Virus record (IMG/VR): IMGVR_UViG_3300023214_000431
DNA: 64,000 nt
Reading direction: 5' to 3' (one strand)
Origin: an uncultured virus (IMG/VR IMGVR_UViG_3300023214_000431)
Lineage: Duplodnaviria; Heunggongvirae; Uroviricota; Caudoviricetes
This document shows positions 10,375-20,083 of this stretch, one piece after another; positions within the stretch are counted from its first letter, which is position 1; each line of letters starts with the position of its first letter. The position numbers were made by a program, and so were the translations under genes. The notes under the pieces are model-generated. The model searched no databases. It had not been told where the DNA came from and saw only the letters and a program-made list of their open reading frames with translations.

Positions 10375-10913
10375 TAGCGAACCGCCTTGTCGACTTTCTC
10401 TCGAACGTCGAAGGTTCTTTTGGTGACCATGCGCGGAATGACGAACTCGCCGTAGTTTTCTGGCACAAAACTCCAGTCGCCTTCGCGCGGGCCATGAAGG
10501 AAAAGTGTCCACACATGATCGGAAATCAAGTCGACGCGGTGGAAGTCGTTGCGGGCGATGTAGTTGTGATCGCCGGGTTTGAAGTCGCGTTGCCACTGAC
10601 GACGCAAAAGAATTTTTCCGTTGCCTTGGCGTGTCTGGATGACTTCGCGCGTTTCCCGATAGGAGCCTTCGAGAATGAACGACACGCTCCAAGTCCACGG
10701 ATGGTTGTGCAACTGCTCGAAGGTGTCGGACGCGACAAATTTGTGCAGGAGCAAACCCGGCTCACCGTCAGGTGCTGGTTTGCCTTCCAGAAAGTTTCTG
10801 TACAAGTAAGCTATTTGGTCTTTCCCGCGAGGGATGAGACGACGTTCGCCTCGGGCTGCGAACTTTTCAAGAGCTTCGGAGATTGCTTTTGCCAAGGGAA
10901 TGGACATTGGCAT
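10374..10913 (-). CDS. Cupin-fold (cysteine dioxygenase-like) protein
   Basis: LHNHPW..SFILEGSYRE...FHRV..WTLFLHG. Confidence 0.7.
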   Translation of the reverse strand: MPMSIPLAKAISEALEKFAARGERRLIPRGKDQIAYLYRNFLEGKPAPDGEPGLLLHKFVASDTFEQLHNHPWTWSVSFILEGSYRETREVIQTRQGNGKILLRRQWQRDFKPGDHNYIARNDFHRVDLISDHVWTLFLHGPREGDWSFVPENYGEFVIPRMVTKRTFDVREKVDKAVR

Positions 10914-11092
10914 GGGAAGGCACTTTCTTCAGAAGTTCACGTAGCAGTCACAGATGGCGCAGTGGCCGTAGGCTTTTTTGTGTGGGTGAACGGAGTGAAC
11001 GTAGATGTATGAGAACCCGTGCAGCCCGATCTTGCAGAGCCAACGGCTGGCTCTAGCAAGACCGAGCTTGCGAAGTAGGCAGTGAAGGCCTA

Positions 11093-11386
11093 TCACCATT
11101 CGACCGGCACGTCATGCAGCTTGTCGTACAGGTCCACAGGGATCTCGACAGCCATCGTTTGTGGTTTGGGGCCCTTCTGTACGAGCACGATGGTTTGGTA
11201 GACGGCTTGTTTCTTGCCCTCGGCATCGTGACTCTCGATGGGGTTGGGGCTGCGCCAGAGGATGGGTACGCCGCCGAGCACGGGTGCGAGCTTGACGAGC
11301 CTACGAGGCCCTACCCGTGCGATCTGGTTTTCTTGCGGACGTGGTACGGCGTCGAGGTTGATTTCGTGGATGATGGGCTCGCTCAT
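11093..11386 (-). CDS. Hypothetical protein
   Basis: Coupled ORF (ATGA overlap). Confidence 0.55.
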   Translation of the reverse strand: MSEPIIHEINLDAVPRPQENQIARVGPRRLVKLAPVLGGVPILWRSPNPIESHDAEGKKQAVYQTIVLVQKGPKPQTMAVEIPVDLYDKLHDVPVEW

Positions 11387-12501
11387 GATGCGGTGTTCTC
11401 CTGCTCTTCGGCGGTGTCGTCTTGCGTCGTGCTCGGTGCCTCCGAATCGGCCTGAGGGTCGCTGGAGACCGTCTCAGTTTCGGGGGTGTCATCGGACGCG
11501 GGCGCAGCTTCCGTGTCTGTGGAGCCGTTCTGGGCCGCTTCGGGGGCATCTGGCGCGGATTCGGAGGGCTCACTCGCTTCGGCCTCTCCGGAGACAGTCT
11601 CAGAGGACTTGGGCGGGGCTTCCGCGCGCCCATTTTTCGTGTTGCGTCTCTTCTTGTTCTTCTTCTTTTTGCCTTCACGGAATGCGGGTTTTGCTGCGTC
11701 AGCCTGGCGGCGAGCCTCGATTTCTGCCTGGTCGGCAAACTCTGGCAGCGGCATGGGCTGGGCACCCTCACCGTCTTCGGAGACCTCTTCCGTCCCGTCT
11801 TCCGAGGTTGTCTCGGAGCCCTGCTCTTGCGGCTGGGCTTGGCCTTCGAGCTGGTCCTTTTCGGGCGGCTGGCCTTCTTGGACCTCGGGCTGTGCTTCTT
11901 CAGCTTCGGTTTTCTCGGGCTCGGTGATCTCGAAAGCGTTCGAGAGGGCCTCGCGCAGAAAGTAGTGTGACGCCATCACGATGGGGCCAAGGATGCCCTT
12001 CTTGATTTCATCGGAACGGCTCAGCTCTTCCCAGGAGTAACCCGAGTAGAAGAGTTTGCCGAAGGCTTCTTGGGCCTCGGTGTTGGGGAACTCGGTGTTG
12101 ACGACGGTCTCGTATAGCAGCCGTGTCAGCGTGATGAGTTCGTCGCCTTCCATCTTGCCGAAGACGTAAGCAATGGTTTGCTTGTGCTCTTCGGGGAGGT
12201 CCGGCAGATCGGTTGCGATGCGCGAACGGAAAACCGTGTCGGCGCTTTTGATGAGAGGAAGTCGGATGGCAGCTTCGATTGCGCCTTCGACTGACTTGAG
12301 GTTCTCCCAATCGCCCTTCTCCTTGACCATGCGTCCAAGCGACGTGCAAGCCTTGAAACCCATACCGTTTGGGTTTTTTGGTCCGAGCTTTGCAGCCAGG
12401 AGTGTTTCGTAGAGGATGCGACCAAGAACAACGCTGTCCTTGTCGGAGAACGCTGCAAGCGCATCGTCCAGGGCAACTTTTTCGTCGAGAGTAATGGGCA
12501 T
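11383..12501 (-). CDS. Hypothetical protein, helical N-terminus and acidic disordered C-terminus
   Basis: 372 aa; AAAGGAAA SD; internal repeat (LGRILYET / LTRLLYET). Confidence 0.7.
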   Translation of the reverse strand: MPITLDEKVALDDALAAFSDKDSVVLGRILYETLLAAKLGPKNPNGMGFKACTSLGRMVKEKGDWENLKSVEGAIEAAIRLPLIKSADTVFRSRIATDLPDLPEEHKQTIAYVFGKMEGDELITLTRLLYETVVNTEFPNTEAQEAFGKLFYSGYSWEELSRSDEIKKGILGPIVMASHYFLREALSNAFEITEPEKTEAEEAQPEVQEGQPPEKDQLEGQAQPQEQGSETTSEDGTEEVSEDGEGAQPMPLPEFADQAEIEARRQADAAKPAFREGKKKKNKKRRNTKNGRAEAPPKSSETVSGEAEASEPSESAPDAPEAAQNGSTDTEAAPASDDTPETETVSSDPQADSEAPSTTQDDTAEEQENTAS

Positions 12502-12510
12502 GGTTTCCTT

Positions 12511-13359
12511 TCAGGCGTTGGCCTTATCTTCGATGAGCTTTTGGGGGATTTTCTTGTAGTCGGTGAGACCTGGGACGTTCTTTTGAGCGCCCAGGACGAA
12601 CTTCAGGATGTTTGTGCAAAGGATCTTCACTTCGGGCGCGAGCTTGCTCTGGTCGATTTCTTCTTGCAGTCCGGCGATCTGCTGAACAGATGCGCGTCGG
12701 GGCTTGCGTTGAGGGGGTGTGGGGTTTGATCCGTTTTTGTGATGGGGCTTGAAGGGTTTTCGACCGCCAAGCATTTTGGTGCGGACGCGCCATGCCTTGA
12801 GGGCTTCCTCGTTGGTCATGTGGGAATAGCGTTCCAGCTCGGCCTGGCTGACCAGGGGGTGCTGGGCTTGCCATGCTGCTCGCACTTCCTTGGGGACGTG
12901 TCGATACCAGCGGATGAGGTTGTAGACGTAGGGCTTGGAGAGGCCCACGACGGCAGCAAACTCGTTGCCGCGAACATCCCATTTCTCTTCCATCATGGCC
13001 GCCGACTCTGCGAGTTCGTAGTCGGTCATGTCCATGGCGAGGTAGCGCTTGAGAATGTCGACCCAATCTGGGATGGCCTTGGGACTCGGGCATTCGTAAG
13101 CGAGCACGATTGCTTTTATCTTGCGCCACTTGAGTACGCGTGCGGCTTCAACGATGAGGTCGCCCTCGCAAATCGTATACAGCTCTTTTTTGCTACCCTG
13201 GGGCTCCGCAGAGACGATGATGGGGATGAGCTGGCCTGTGGCCGACAGTTCTTTTTGAGCAGCGTCGATGGCGCTTTTGAGATGTCGCGGGCGTTTGGGG
13301 TGCTGTGTCTTCGCGATAGAGATGACGATTGATGGCGGCGGATTTTGGGCACGTTTCAT
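12511..13359 (-). CDS. ParB/Srx-like protein with HTH
   Basis: GQLIPIIV...YTICEGDLIVEAARVLKWRKIKAIV, then HTH EFAAVVGLSKPYVYNLIR. Confidence 0.65.
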   Translation of the reverse strand: MKRAQNPPPSIVISIAKTQHPKRPRHLKSAIDAAQKELSATGQLIPIIVSAEPQGSKKELYTICEGDLIVEAARVLKWRKIKAIVLAYECPSPKAIPDWVDILKRYLAMDMTDYELAESAAMMEEKWDVRGNEFAAVVGLSKPYVYNLIRWYRHVPKEVRAAWQAQHPLVSQAELERYSHMTNEEALKAWRVRTKMLGGRKPFKPHHKNGSNPTPPQRKPRRASVQQIAGLQEEIDQSKLAPEVKILCTNILKFVLGAQKNVPGLTDYKKIPQKLIEDKANA

Positions 13360-14282
13360 CAGGATGCTTCTCCCGCGATGGATGACAGGAGAAGCTCGGG
13401 CTTGTCGATGAGGTCGCGGAGCGACGCCATGTTCTCCATTTGCGAGAACGAATCCAGAAGAGACTGGACCGCCGAGCGGTAGGTCTCCAGGGTGATTCGG
13501 GCTTTGAGGTATTGCCAGCGCTGGAAGATAAAAGCGGTCTGCAAAGTGTCATCGAGGCAATAGGTGGCAATCTCTTCGAGCTTCCCGGCCTCGAACATGG
13601 CAGCAACCTGCGAGCCATCGGTATCGTCATGCTTGCCAGGCAACCCGATGAGCTGCGCAACAGAGTCGAGTTTGAGCCCGCGTGTTGCGCCGAAGTCGCC
13701 CATGGAGTCGCACAAGTCGGCGTGTTTGTTCTCGCTGTAACGATAGCGATAGTCCCGATCACCGAAGTACCACGGCATCTGGATGCCGCATTTGAGGCTT
13801 CGGAGCATGAGCACGGGCAGGTCGAATCCGCGACCGTACCACGAGACGACGGTGGGCTGGTGCTCGGCCATGAAGCCATTCCATTGCAAGAGCAGATCAC
13901 GTTCGCTCTTGTCGAGCTTGAGGCAGCCGACTTTCTTGGCGTGAAAGTTGGAATCGAGCCACACGCAGCCAATGGCGACGGGCTTGTGGGTGTGGATGGG
14001 AGCAAAGGGAGTTTTTTCGGGCTCGGGTTTGGTGAGAAATTTCTCCAGTCGGTCGAGTTTGTTGGTATCGCCCAGGCGGCGTGCGATGTCGTAAGCCTTT
14101 TCGACATCAGCAGGATGAATGGGCTGGTCGCCGATGCGCTCCATCACAACGTCGAGGAAGTTGACGCTATCCTTGGTGGGCTTTTTGTCGATGCTGATCT
14201 TCTCGATTTCAGGCTCGGGCGGCGTCCATAGCGTGAGGTCGGGAATGGTTTCGATGTCGAGTACGAGGTAGGTGGTTTGCAT
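13359..14282 (-). CDS. Stand-alone DEDDy 3'-5' exonuclease related to the PolB exo domain
   Basis: LDIETIPD, VSWYGRGFDLPVL, HADLCD, LPGK..DGSQV, YCLDD. Confidence 0.85.
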   Translation of the reverse strand: MQTTYLVLDIETIPDLTLWTPPEPEIEKISIDKKPTKDSVNFLDVVMERIGDQPIHPADVEKAYDIARRLGDTNKLDRLEKFLTKPEPEKTPFAPIHTHKPVAIGCVWLDSNFHAKKVGCLKLDKSERDLLLQWNGFMAEHQPTVVSWYGRGFDLPVLMLRSLKCGIQMPWYFGDRDYRYRYSENKHADLCDSMGDFGATRGLKLDSVAQLIGLPGKHDDTDGSQVAAMFEAGKLEEIATYCLDDTLQTAFIFQRWQYLKARITLETYRSAVQSLLDSFSQMENMASLRDLIDKPELLLSSIAGEAS

Positions 14283-14287
14283 GGGTC

Positions 14288-16585
14288 TTATCCGTATCGG
14301 TGCAGGACGGTGATGGCATTTTCCGTCTCGAATGAAGCGATGGGTGCTCGGTCACGGCGCGAGCCGCGATGGTTGTAGGAGCCACGCCTGGGCTTGTCTT
14401 CTTTGACGGCGATTTCGAGACGTTTGAGAAGCTCGTGCGGCACTTGTCGGCGGTAACGTTGCACAAGCCGCAAAGCCAGGTGGGCTTCCTTGTCGGAGAA
14501 CTCTTTTTTCTTGGTGGCGAGCTTGTGACCGATGGGGGCGTCGAAGTTGGAAAAGCCGTTACCCCCTTCGATGTTCGGGTCGCGTCGTTTAGCCAGAGCC
14601 ATGAGCGCGTCCTTGAGTACAATCTTCTTCCACAGCTCGATAGGTTCAACGGGGGCTTCGGGGCGCGCATTGATGAGCCCTTTGACGCCGACATCGGTAC
14701 TGATGTCCAATGCTCGGTCTGCAATCTCTTGCTTCGACACGATCATCTGGACCATGCGTGCATCGAGAGATCCATCGAGGACGAGGTGTTGCACGAGCAC
14801 GGAGTTTTCTTGCCCGATGCGGTGAGCCCGATCTTCTGCCTGGTTGACATTGCCGGGTGTCCAATCGAGTTCGGCGAACACGACATTGCTCGAAGCGGTC
14901 AGCGTGATGCCGACGCCGACAGCAGTCAGACCCGCGACGAAGATTTCGACGCCAGAGTTCTTGTCCTGGAATGCTTCGACGGCTTTGTTTTTGGCTTTAT
15001 CGGAGGTCTTGCCGTAGGCGACGACGGCGTACTTCTCGAACTTCTCGAACAGTGCCTCGATGACATCATGGTGGTGGGCGAAGAGGATGATCTTCTTTAC
15101 CCCTTCGTCACGCATCGCTTTGACGTGTTGGATGACGGATGGAATCTTGACGGTCGCGACTTTGCGACGAGTGGCAGCCATCTCCATGAAGGCAACACGC
15201 TGGATGTACTGGAGCTTATCGACGGCGCCGTTGTAGGCGCCCTTGTCGTTGTTCTCTTCAGCGATGGACAGTGCTGTTTGCACCATTGATAAGTCTTCAC
15301 CGAACTTGCGGTCCCACTCTTCGAGTTCCTGGGCGATGAGTCGCTTGGCTTCTTCAGTGGGCGGCAGTGAAATGATCTGACGGCGCTTTGGAGGAAGCTC
15401 CTTGAGAACGTCTTGCTTGAGCCTGCGAATCATGCAGGTAGCACGCAGACGTTCTTGCAGCTCTTCGAGGTTGGAGGCGCCATCGAATTTGAAGACCTTC
15501 TTGGTCTCGCTGACCATTTCCTCGTGGCCATCACAGTATCGAAGCGCGAAGTTCTTGAAGCTGCCGAACTGGTCAGGCGCAAGCGCTGAGAGGATGGGCC
15601 ATATCTCGATAGGGCGGTTGGGGATCGGCGTTCCGGTCATGAAGATGCGTTTGCGTCCGAGGTCGGCTAGGCCGGGCTTTTTTTTCATTCGGTCGCCGAG
15701 GACAGCGCGGCTGCGTTGTGAATCGAGGTTCTTCAGAAAGTGGGCCTCATCGATTGCAACCAGATCCCACTCGCGCTCTTGTAAAGACGCGACGATTTTG
15801 AGGTTGTTCTCGGGCAAGCGGCCCTTGCCGTTGCAACGGTGACAAAAGACAGTCTTGCGACCGAGACAGTTTTCGCAGAGCAAAGGTTCACGGGGACCGT
15901 TGCCTGAGCCGCCGCACTTGGGGCATGGCAGAGGTTCGCGGCGCTTGCCTTTGCATGGTCCCTGGCATCGCTTGTAACCGATGCGGCAGCGGTCGTAGGA
16001 CACGATGACGAAGTTGGCTTCCTTTGGAATGGAGCGATCTTCGCTACCGATGTAGAGCAGCCACTGTCGTTCATCAGGGACAAGCCAGCGTCGTGCTTCC
16101 TTCTGCCAGTTCAGGCGCAGCGATGCAGGCGAGATGATGAGGACGTTTTGAATGGACTTGTCGTAGTTGATGGCGCCAAGAACCTGGATGGTTTTTCCGA
16201 GGCCGGGCTCGTCACCAAGCAACGTGCCTTCCCGATCTGATAGGTAGTGGATGCCAGCTTTCTGGTATCCCAGGTAGGAGAGGTTTCGTGGCGATGGGAT
16301 CTCGATTGGGGCATCGGTGGCGCGAGATTTCTCGACGGCTTGCAGATGCGAGGTCAGTTGCTTCTTTGCGATGTCGTCAGCGTGTGCAGACAAGCGAGCA
16401 GCGGCGGCATCGCGTCGGGTCCACCACCCCTTTTTCAAACCGGCTCGGCAGGCGGCGCAAGAAGCCGGACCTCTGTCACATTCCACCAAACCTGGATGCC
16501 ATACGAACCCGGCTTCTCGGAGGGCGTCGCGCTCTTCATACGTCGCGATGGCGAAGTAGATTCCGTTTCGGTGGCTGATGCGCAT
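14288..16585 (-). CDS. SNF2-family (SMARCAL1/HARP-like) helicase with Cys-rich insertion
   Basis: GDEPGLGKT, IDEAHFLKN, TGTPIPNRP, IRRLKQDVLKELPPK, GVGITLT, QAEDRAHRIGQ. Confidence 0.92.
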   Translation of the reverse strand: MRISHRNGIYFAIATYEERDALREAGFVWHPGLVECDRGPASCAACRAGLKKGWWTRRDAAAARLSAHADDIAKKQLTSHLQAVEKSRATDAPIEIPSPRNLSYLGYQKAGIHYLSDREGTLLGDEPGLGKTIQVLGAINYDKSIQNVLIISPASLRLNWQKEARRWLVPDERQWLLYIGSEDRSIPKEANFVIVSYDRCRIGYKRCQGPCKGKRREPLPCPKCGGSGNGPREPLLCENCLGRKTVFCHRCNGKGRLPENNLKIVASLQEREWDLVAIDEAHFLKNLDSQRSRAVLGDRMKKKPGLADLGRKRIFMTGTPIPNRPIEIWPILSALAPDQFGSFKNFALRYCDGHEEMVSETKKVFKFDGASNLEELQERLRATCMIRRLKQDVLKELPPKRRQIISLPPTEEAKRLIAQELEEWDRKFGEDLSMVQTALSIAEENNDKGAYNGAVDKLQYIQRVAFMEMAATRRKVATVKIPSVIQHVKAMRDEGVKKIILFAHHHDVIEALFEKFEKYAVVAYGKTSDKAKNKAVEAFQDKNSGVEIFVAGLTAVGVGITLTASSNVVFAELDWTPGNVNQAEDRAHRIGQENSVLVQHLVLDGSLDARMVQMIVSKQEIADRALDISTDVGVKGLINARPEAPVEPIELWKKIVLKDALMALAKRRDPNIEGGNGFSNFDAPIGHKLATKKKEFSDKEAHLALRLVQRYRRQVPHELLKRLEIAVKEDKPRRGSYNHRGSRRDRAPIASFETENAITVLHRYG

Positions 16586-16643
16586 GGGCGAGGCTTCTGT
16601 TTCTCATACGATACACGAGATTTCAAGATTCTTGAAAGACTCC

Positions 16644-16952
16644 TTATTTTGAGGCGTTCTGGGCAGCCAGCTCTTCGATCATGGCTCGGCGTTCTTCCTC
16701 GACCTTGTTCAGATCGATCTCGAAGAAGCGAGCGAGAAGTTTCTCGGTACTCTCGGAGTGATGGACCAATTCGTTGGTGGAACGGTCGCAACACAGACCG
16801 TCTTGCTCACAACGAGCCGAGTGCTCGTGATACTTGGCGACGGTGATGCCTTGGCCTTCGAGCCATTCGAGGAACTCGCCAATCGACTGGCTTCGTTCGC
16901 GAACAGCGCGCATCTTTTCGCATTCTGGGTAATTGGTCATGGTGATGGGCAT
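16644..16952 (-). CDS. Hypothetical phage-type protein
   Basis: YPECEKM..V.E.SQSIGEFLEWL...LARFFEID pattern; coupled start. Confidence 0.55.
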   Translation of the reverse strand: MPITMTNYPECEKMRAVRERSQSIGEFLEWLEGQGITVAKYHEHSARCEQDGLCCDRSTNELVHHSESTEKLLARFFEIDLNKVEEERRAMIEELAAQNASK

Positions 16953-17989
16953 CAGGAATCCTTTGTGGTGTACAGGTGTCCGATCTTGAGTGTGCCTTCG
17001 CCTTTCCAGTAGGGCTGAATCCACTGACGGCGACGGAGAGAATGGTTGGGGCCATGCGCCTGGTTGCGCCAGTGACCACGGACGGTGTACTTCGATTGCA
17101 CAGACCATTCGGGTGTGTTGGCGTTAAGGGACTGCGAGCGCGACCACTGCTTGGCAGCGTCGATGAGATTCGAGTCGGGCTTGACCTCTTTGCCAAGCAC
17201 CCAAACTTCGGGCCCCTGGTACGCAACGGTCTTCTTTTTCTTGCCTTTCTTCTTTTTCTTTCCGCGTTGCTCCTGTCGCTGGCCTTTGCCGTTGGCAGCG
17301 ACGTAGAGACAGACGTTGATGAATAGGCGTCGCAAGGCGTGCATGGAAGACTTGTCGTACAGGCTCGTCTCGCCATCGGTGCTCTTGATCTCCATCTGCA
17401 ACCAATCACCCATGAACTCATGGTCGCCAGGCGGCAGAAGAAGTTCCCACGCAGTGGTTCGCTTGGCGTCGTTTTCTTGGAGTTCGGCCAAGGATGATTG
17501 AGCGATGAGGTGGATGACGATACGGCGCGCTGGCTCTTCATCCGGGTCGCGATGGAACCTGCCCATGTGGACGAGCGCGACAGAGGCATCGACTAGACCG
17601 CGTTCATCTTGCAGGTGCAGGAACCCAGGCGGCACGCGAATGGCGAATGCCTGGTATGGCATTTCAAGGTCGCTGCTGCGCACATCGCTGGGGTCGGTGA
17701 GTAGTAGGGACGATGCGAGAGAATGGGTGAGGTCGAAAGCGGGGAAACCTGACTGACACCAGGCAAGGGTGGAGTAGTAGCCGAGCAGCTCTTGCGTGCG
17801 CTCGCGCATCTCCCGATCTGAAATCGAGAAAAACAAATGGGGCGCGTTTCGTGAAACCGACTGTCCGAACTCGGGCAGCGTCATGCCAAGCACATCCGCT
17901 TTTTCAAGTCCGAACATCGTGCGCAGGTGCAACGCCAGCTCGGAAATACCCTTGAGCGTAGTGACATTGGGTATCTCGGACAGCCGCAT
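16952..17989 (-). CDS. Hypothetical protein
   Basis: 345 aa; C-terminal VRGHWRNQ..G...WIQPYWKG motif common in phage proteins. Confidence 0.7.
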   Translation of the reverse strand: MRLSEIPNVTTLKGISELALHLRTMFGLEKADVLGMTLPEFGQSVSRNAPHLFFSISDREMRERTQELLGYYSTLAWCQSGFPAFDLTHSLASSLLLTDPSDVRSSDLEMPYQAFAIRVPPGFLHLQDERGLVDASVALVHMGRFHRDPDEEPARRIVIHLIAQSSLAELQENDAKRTTAWELLLPPGDHEFMGDWLQMEIKSTDGETSLYDKSSMHALRRLFINVCLYVAANGKGQRQEQRGKKKKKGKKKKTVAYQGPEVWVLGKEVKPDSNLIDAAKQWSRSQSLNANTPEWSVQSKYTVRGHWRNQAHGPNHSLRRRQWIQPYWKGEGTLKIGHLYTTKDS

Positions 17990-17990
17990 C

Positions 17991-18290
17991 CTAGATGGTC
18001 CTCATCGGCAGCTTTCCGATCTGCTCGTAGTGGTGGAGAAACGCCTTGGTGCAGTAGCGCTGGTCAGGCGTGAAGCCGTGGGAGTGCGTGAAGATGAGAC
18101 GGTTAGTGCCACCGAAGACAATCGCTTGCTCGCCAATGTGCTGAACGCAGAAGTCGTCAGGACATTGCTCAAAGTAAACCGCCGCTGCGGGGATGAGAGT
18201 GTATGGCAGGTACCACCAGATGTCGTGGTGCTCGCCCTCGTTTTCCAGTTGAGCGAGAACAGTCTCAGATCTTTGCTTGATGGTGCTCAT
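17991..18290 (-). CDS. Hypothetical protein
   Basis: ORF in operon run. Confidence 0.45.
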   Translation of the reverse strand: MSTIKQRSETVLAQLENEGEHHDIWWYLPYTLIPAAAVYFEQCPDDFCVQHIGEQAIVFGGTNRLIFTHSHGFTPDQRYCTKAFLHHYEQIGKLPMRTI

Positions 18291-18462
18291 GGCTTGATGA
18301 CTTGTTCGACGACCATGGTGGTCTTGCATTCAGGGCAATTGCGCCAGTCTTGCTGGTAGGTGGTGCCTTCGTCTTCGTATGTGGTGATGCCGAGTGACTT
18401 CATTCGAGCCCACTCTTGGGGGTTGCTTTTGATGGATTCGTGTTTCTCGGGTGTACATGTCT

Positions 18463-18894
18463 TCATGGCCGATGGTTCCGCACCATCTGTTCGGCTTTCT
18501 TGTGTGCGGCCTGGAGTTCGGGCCAGTTTTTGCGGAGCCAGGCATTGCCCTCGGCGAAGGCTTCGCGCATGCGGTGGTAAACGCGATCAAAAATGGCCTC
18601 TTCGGACCCGGAGCGAAGTGTTTTCGTACATTTATGGATGCCGAAGCTGGTCTTACCCCGGAATGGGACCTCGCTCTCGTAGGCGCAGGTGACACGAATG
18701 GCGTCCTGGCCGCGTTCGCGAGCTTTTGAGGCTCGGTTGAGGGGAATTGTCGTGTAGACCTTGACCACGACGGCATCGAGGTGGTGGTTGGCGCGTTTGT
18801 AGATGACTTCCTTGCCCTGCACGGCGCGCACGAACCCGCAGGCGCGCAGGAATTGCTGGAAGCGTTCGGTGTCTAGCTCGACGTACTTAGGCAT
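18463..18894 (-). CDS. Hypothetical protein, first gene of the leftward operon
   Basis: AAGGAG SD before ATG at 18894. Confidence 0.6.
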   Translation of the reverse strand: MPKYVELDTERFQQFLRACGFVRAVQGKEVIYKRANHHLDAVVVKVYTTIPLNRASKARERGQDAIRVTCAYESEVPFRGKTSFGIHKCTKTLRSGSEEAIFDRVYHRMREAFAEGNAWLRKNWPELQAAHKKAEQMVRNHRP

Positions 18895-18914
18895 TTCGTC
18901 TCTCCTTGTATCGT

Positions 18915-18951
18915 ATCTTAGTAAGAGACCGAGTATTTTGTCAAAATATTC
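18915..18951 (-). promoter_or_regulatory. Sigma70-type promoter for the leftward operon with a palindrome over -35
   Basis: Minus strand TTGACA-N18-TAAGAT; near-perfect palindrome GAGTATTTTG-T-CAAAATATTC at 18931-18951. Confidence 0.55.
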
Positions 18952-19104
18952 TTTAGCCTCGTAACTGTCCCAAAATATAGGCACTTTTTTTCTTTTTGCG
19001 GAGCCTTGACGGGGGATGCGTCGAGGCGTACTGTCAGGCCCGTCAAGAAATTGTCGGGTTTCGACACTCGGCAACGTACCAAAGGAACAAGGAGAAACAC
19101 CACC

Positions 19105-19656
19105 ATGGCAACAGCAAAAGAAAAAGAGAGCACCAAGGCCGCAGATAGCGCGGCGTCCGCCAACGGCGCATCGGCAGGGGGCCTTCCCGCTCCCGATATG
19201 GCCCCCTCGGGCTTCCGTCGCCGCGTGTCCATCTCGGACGCGCCCTGGGTCTCCCAGGAGGCGAACAACGTCGTCTACGGGCGGCTGCTCAACCGCTACG
19301 AGATGCAGGGTCAGACGCCGCGTCGCTGGTACTACCAGATCGAGCTGCACGCCCCTTGCAAGGTTCGCATCGGCAAGGGTGAGGATGCGGAAATCGCAAC
19401 GGCCCAAAAGGGCGATGTCGTTAATCTCAACGAGAACCACAAGTTGACCTCGTTGCGTGACGTGGAGATCCCGGAGATCATCGCAGGCGCCGCCTACGAC
19501 ATCTGGGCCAAGTACGAGAACAAGATCAAGATCTCGGGTGGCCGCACCATGTGGAACGTCGACGTGCAGACCAAGCAGCTCAAGGCGCCCACGTCTCCCG
19601 TGCGTGCCCTGGCGGCTGGCGATCTGGGCGAGGCTTCGGACGACACGCCGTTCTAG
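19105..19656 (+). CDS. Putative single-stranded DNA-binding protein
   Basis: Strong SD AAGGAG, beta-rich core, acidic tail ending DDTPF (SSB-type), followed by a terminator. Confidence 0.55.
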   Translation: MATAKEKESTKAADSAASANGASAGGLPAPDMAPSGFRRRVSISDAPWVSQEANNVVYGRLLNRYEMQGQTPRRWYYQIELHAPCKVRIGKGEDAEIATAQKGDVVNLNENHKLTSLRDVEIPEIIAGAAYDIWAKYENKIKISGGRTMWNVDVQTKQLKAPTSPVRALAAGDLGEASDDTPF

Positions 19657-19693
19657 GCCGCTCGTATCCCCTGCTGAGCAGTGAAACCGGAAG

Positions 19694-19734
19694 CGGCAGG
19701 TTCTCTTCAACGAGGGCCTGTCGTTTTTCTTTTT
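19694..19734 (+). terminator. Rho-independent terminator
   Basis: CGGCAGGTTCTC-TTCAAC-GAGGGCCTGTCG followed by TTTTTCTTTTT. Confidence 0.7.
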
Positions 19735-19760
19735 CAGAACCATTCACGGAGGACAAACTG

Positions 19761-20081
19761 ATGGAAGGCGTAGAGATACAAGCGCGGTACATTTTTCCCG
19801 ATGCGCCCAACAAGCGTGCGGTGTTCGAGTTCAGTGGCGGTCAAGGCGTGCAAGAGATTGCCGAGCGTGACATCCACCAACTCATCGGCCAGATGCGCAG
19901 CGATCCGAAAGGGGGCGAGCAGAAGGCTGAGGTGTTCAGCTTCCTGGTTGTCGAAGCGAAGAAGCGTGCCGAGAAGCTCAAGGCGCAAGGTGAAACCGAC
20001 AAAGAAAAGTTGTGGGTTTCGGCAACCGATAAGCCGCTCAAGCCTGGGCAAGCTGTTGTTGGGAAGGAAGGCCAGAGCTAG
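19761..20081 (+). CDS. Hypothetical protein
   Basis: GGAGG SD. Confidence 0.6.
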   Translation: MEGVEIQARYIFPDAPNKRAVFEFSGGQGVQEIAERDIHQLIGQMRSDPKGGEQKAEVFSFLVVEAKKRAEKLKAQGETDKEKLWVSATDKPLKPGQAVVGKEGQS

Positions 20082-20083
20082 TC

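Noticed and set aside
12511..13359. Complete ParABS partition system
   Set aside because: No ParA ATPase next to either ParB-like gene in the window
10104..15289. Long plus-strand ORFs (10104-11012, 13440-14231, 14369-15289 and similar)
   Set aside because: Antisense shadows of well-supported minus-strand genes in GC-rich DNA
15815..15990. Intein in the SNF2 helicase
   Set aside because: Too short, with no His-Asn C-terminal splice motif
19657..19697. Hammerhead ribozyme-like core (GTA...CTGCTGA...GAAAC inside a GCCGCT/AGCGGC stem)
   Set aside because: The core reads CUGCUGA rather than CUGANGA, and stems I and II cannot form
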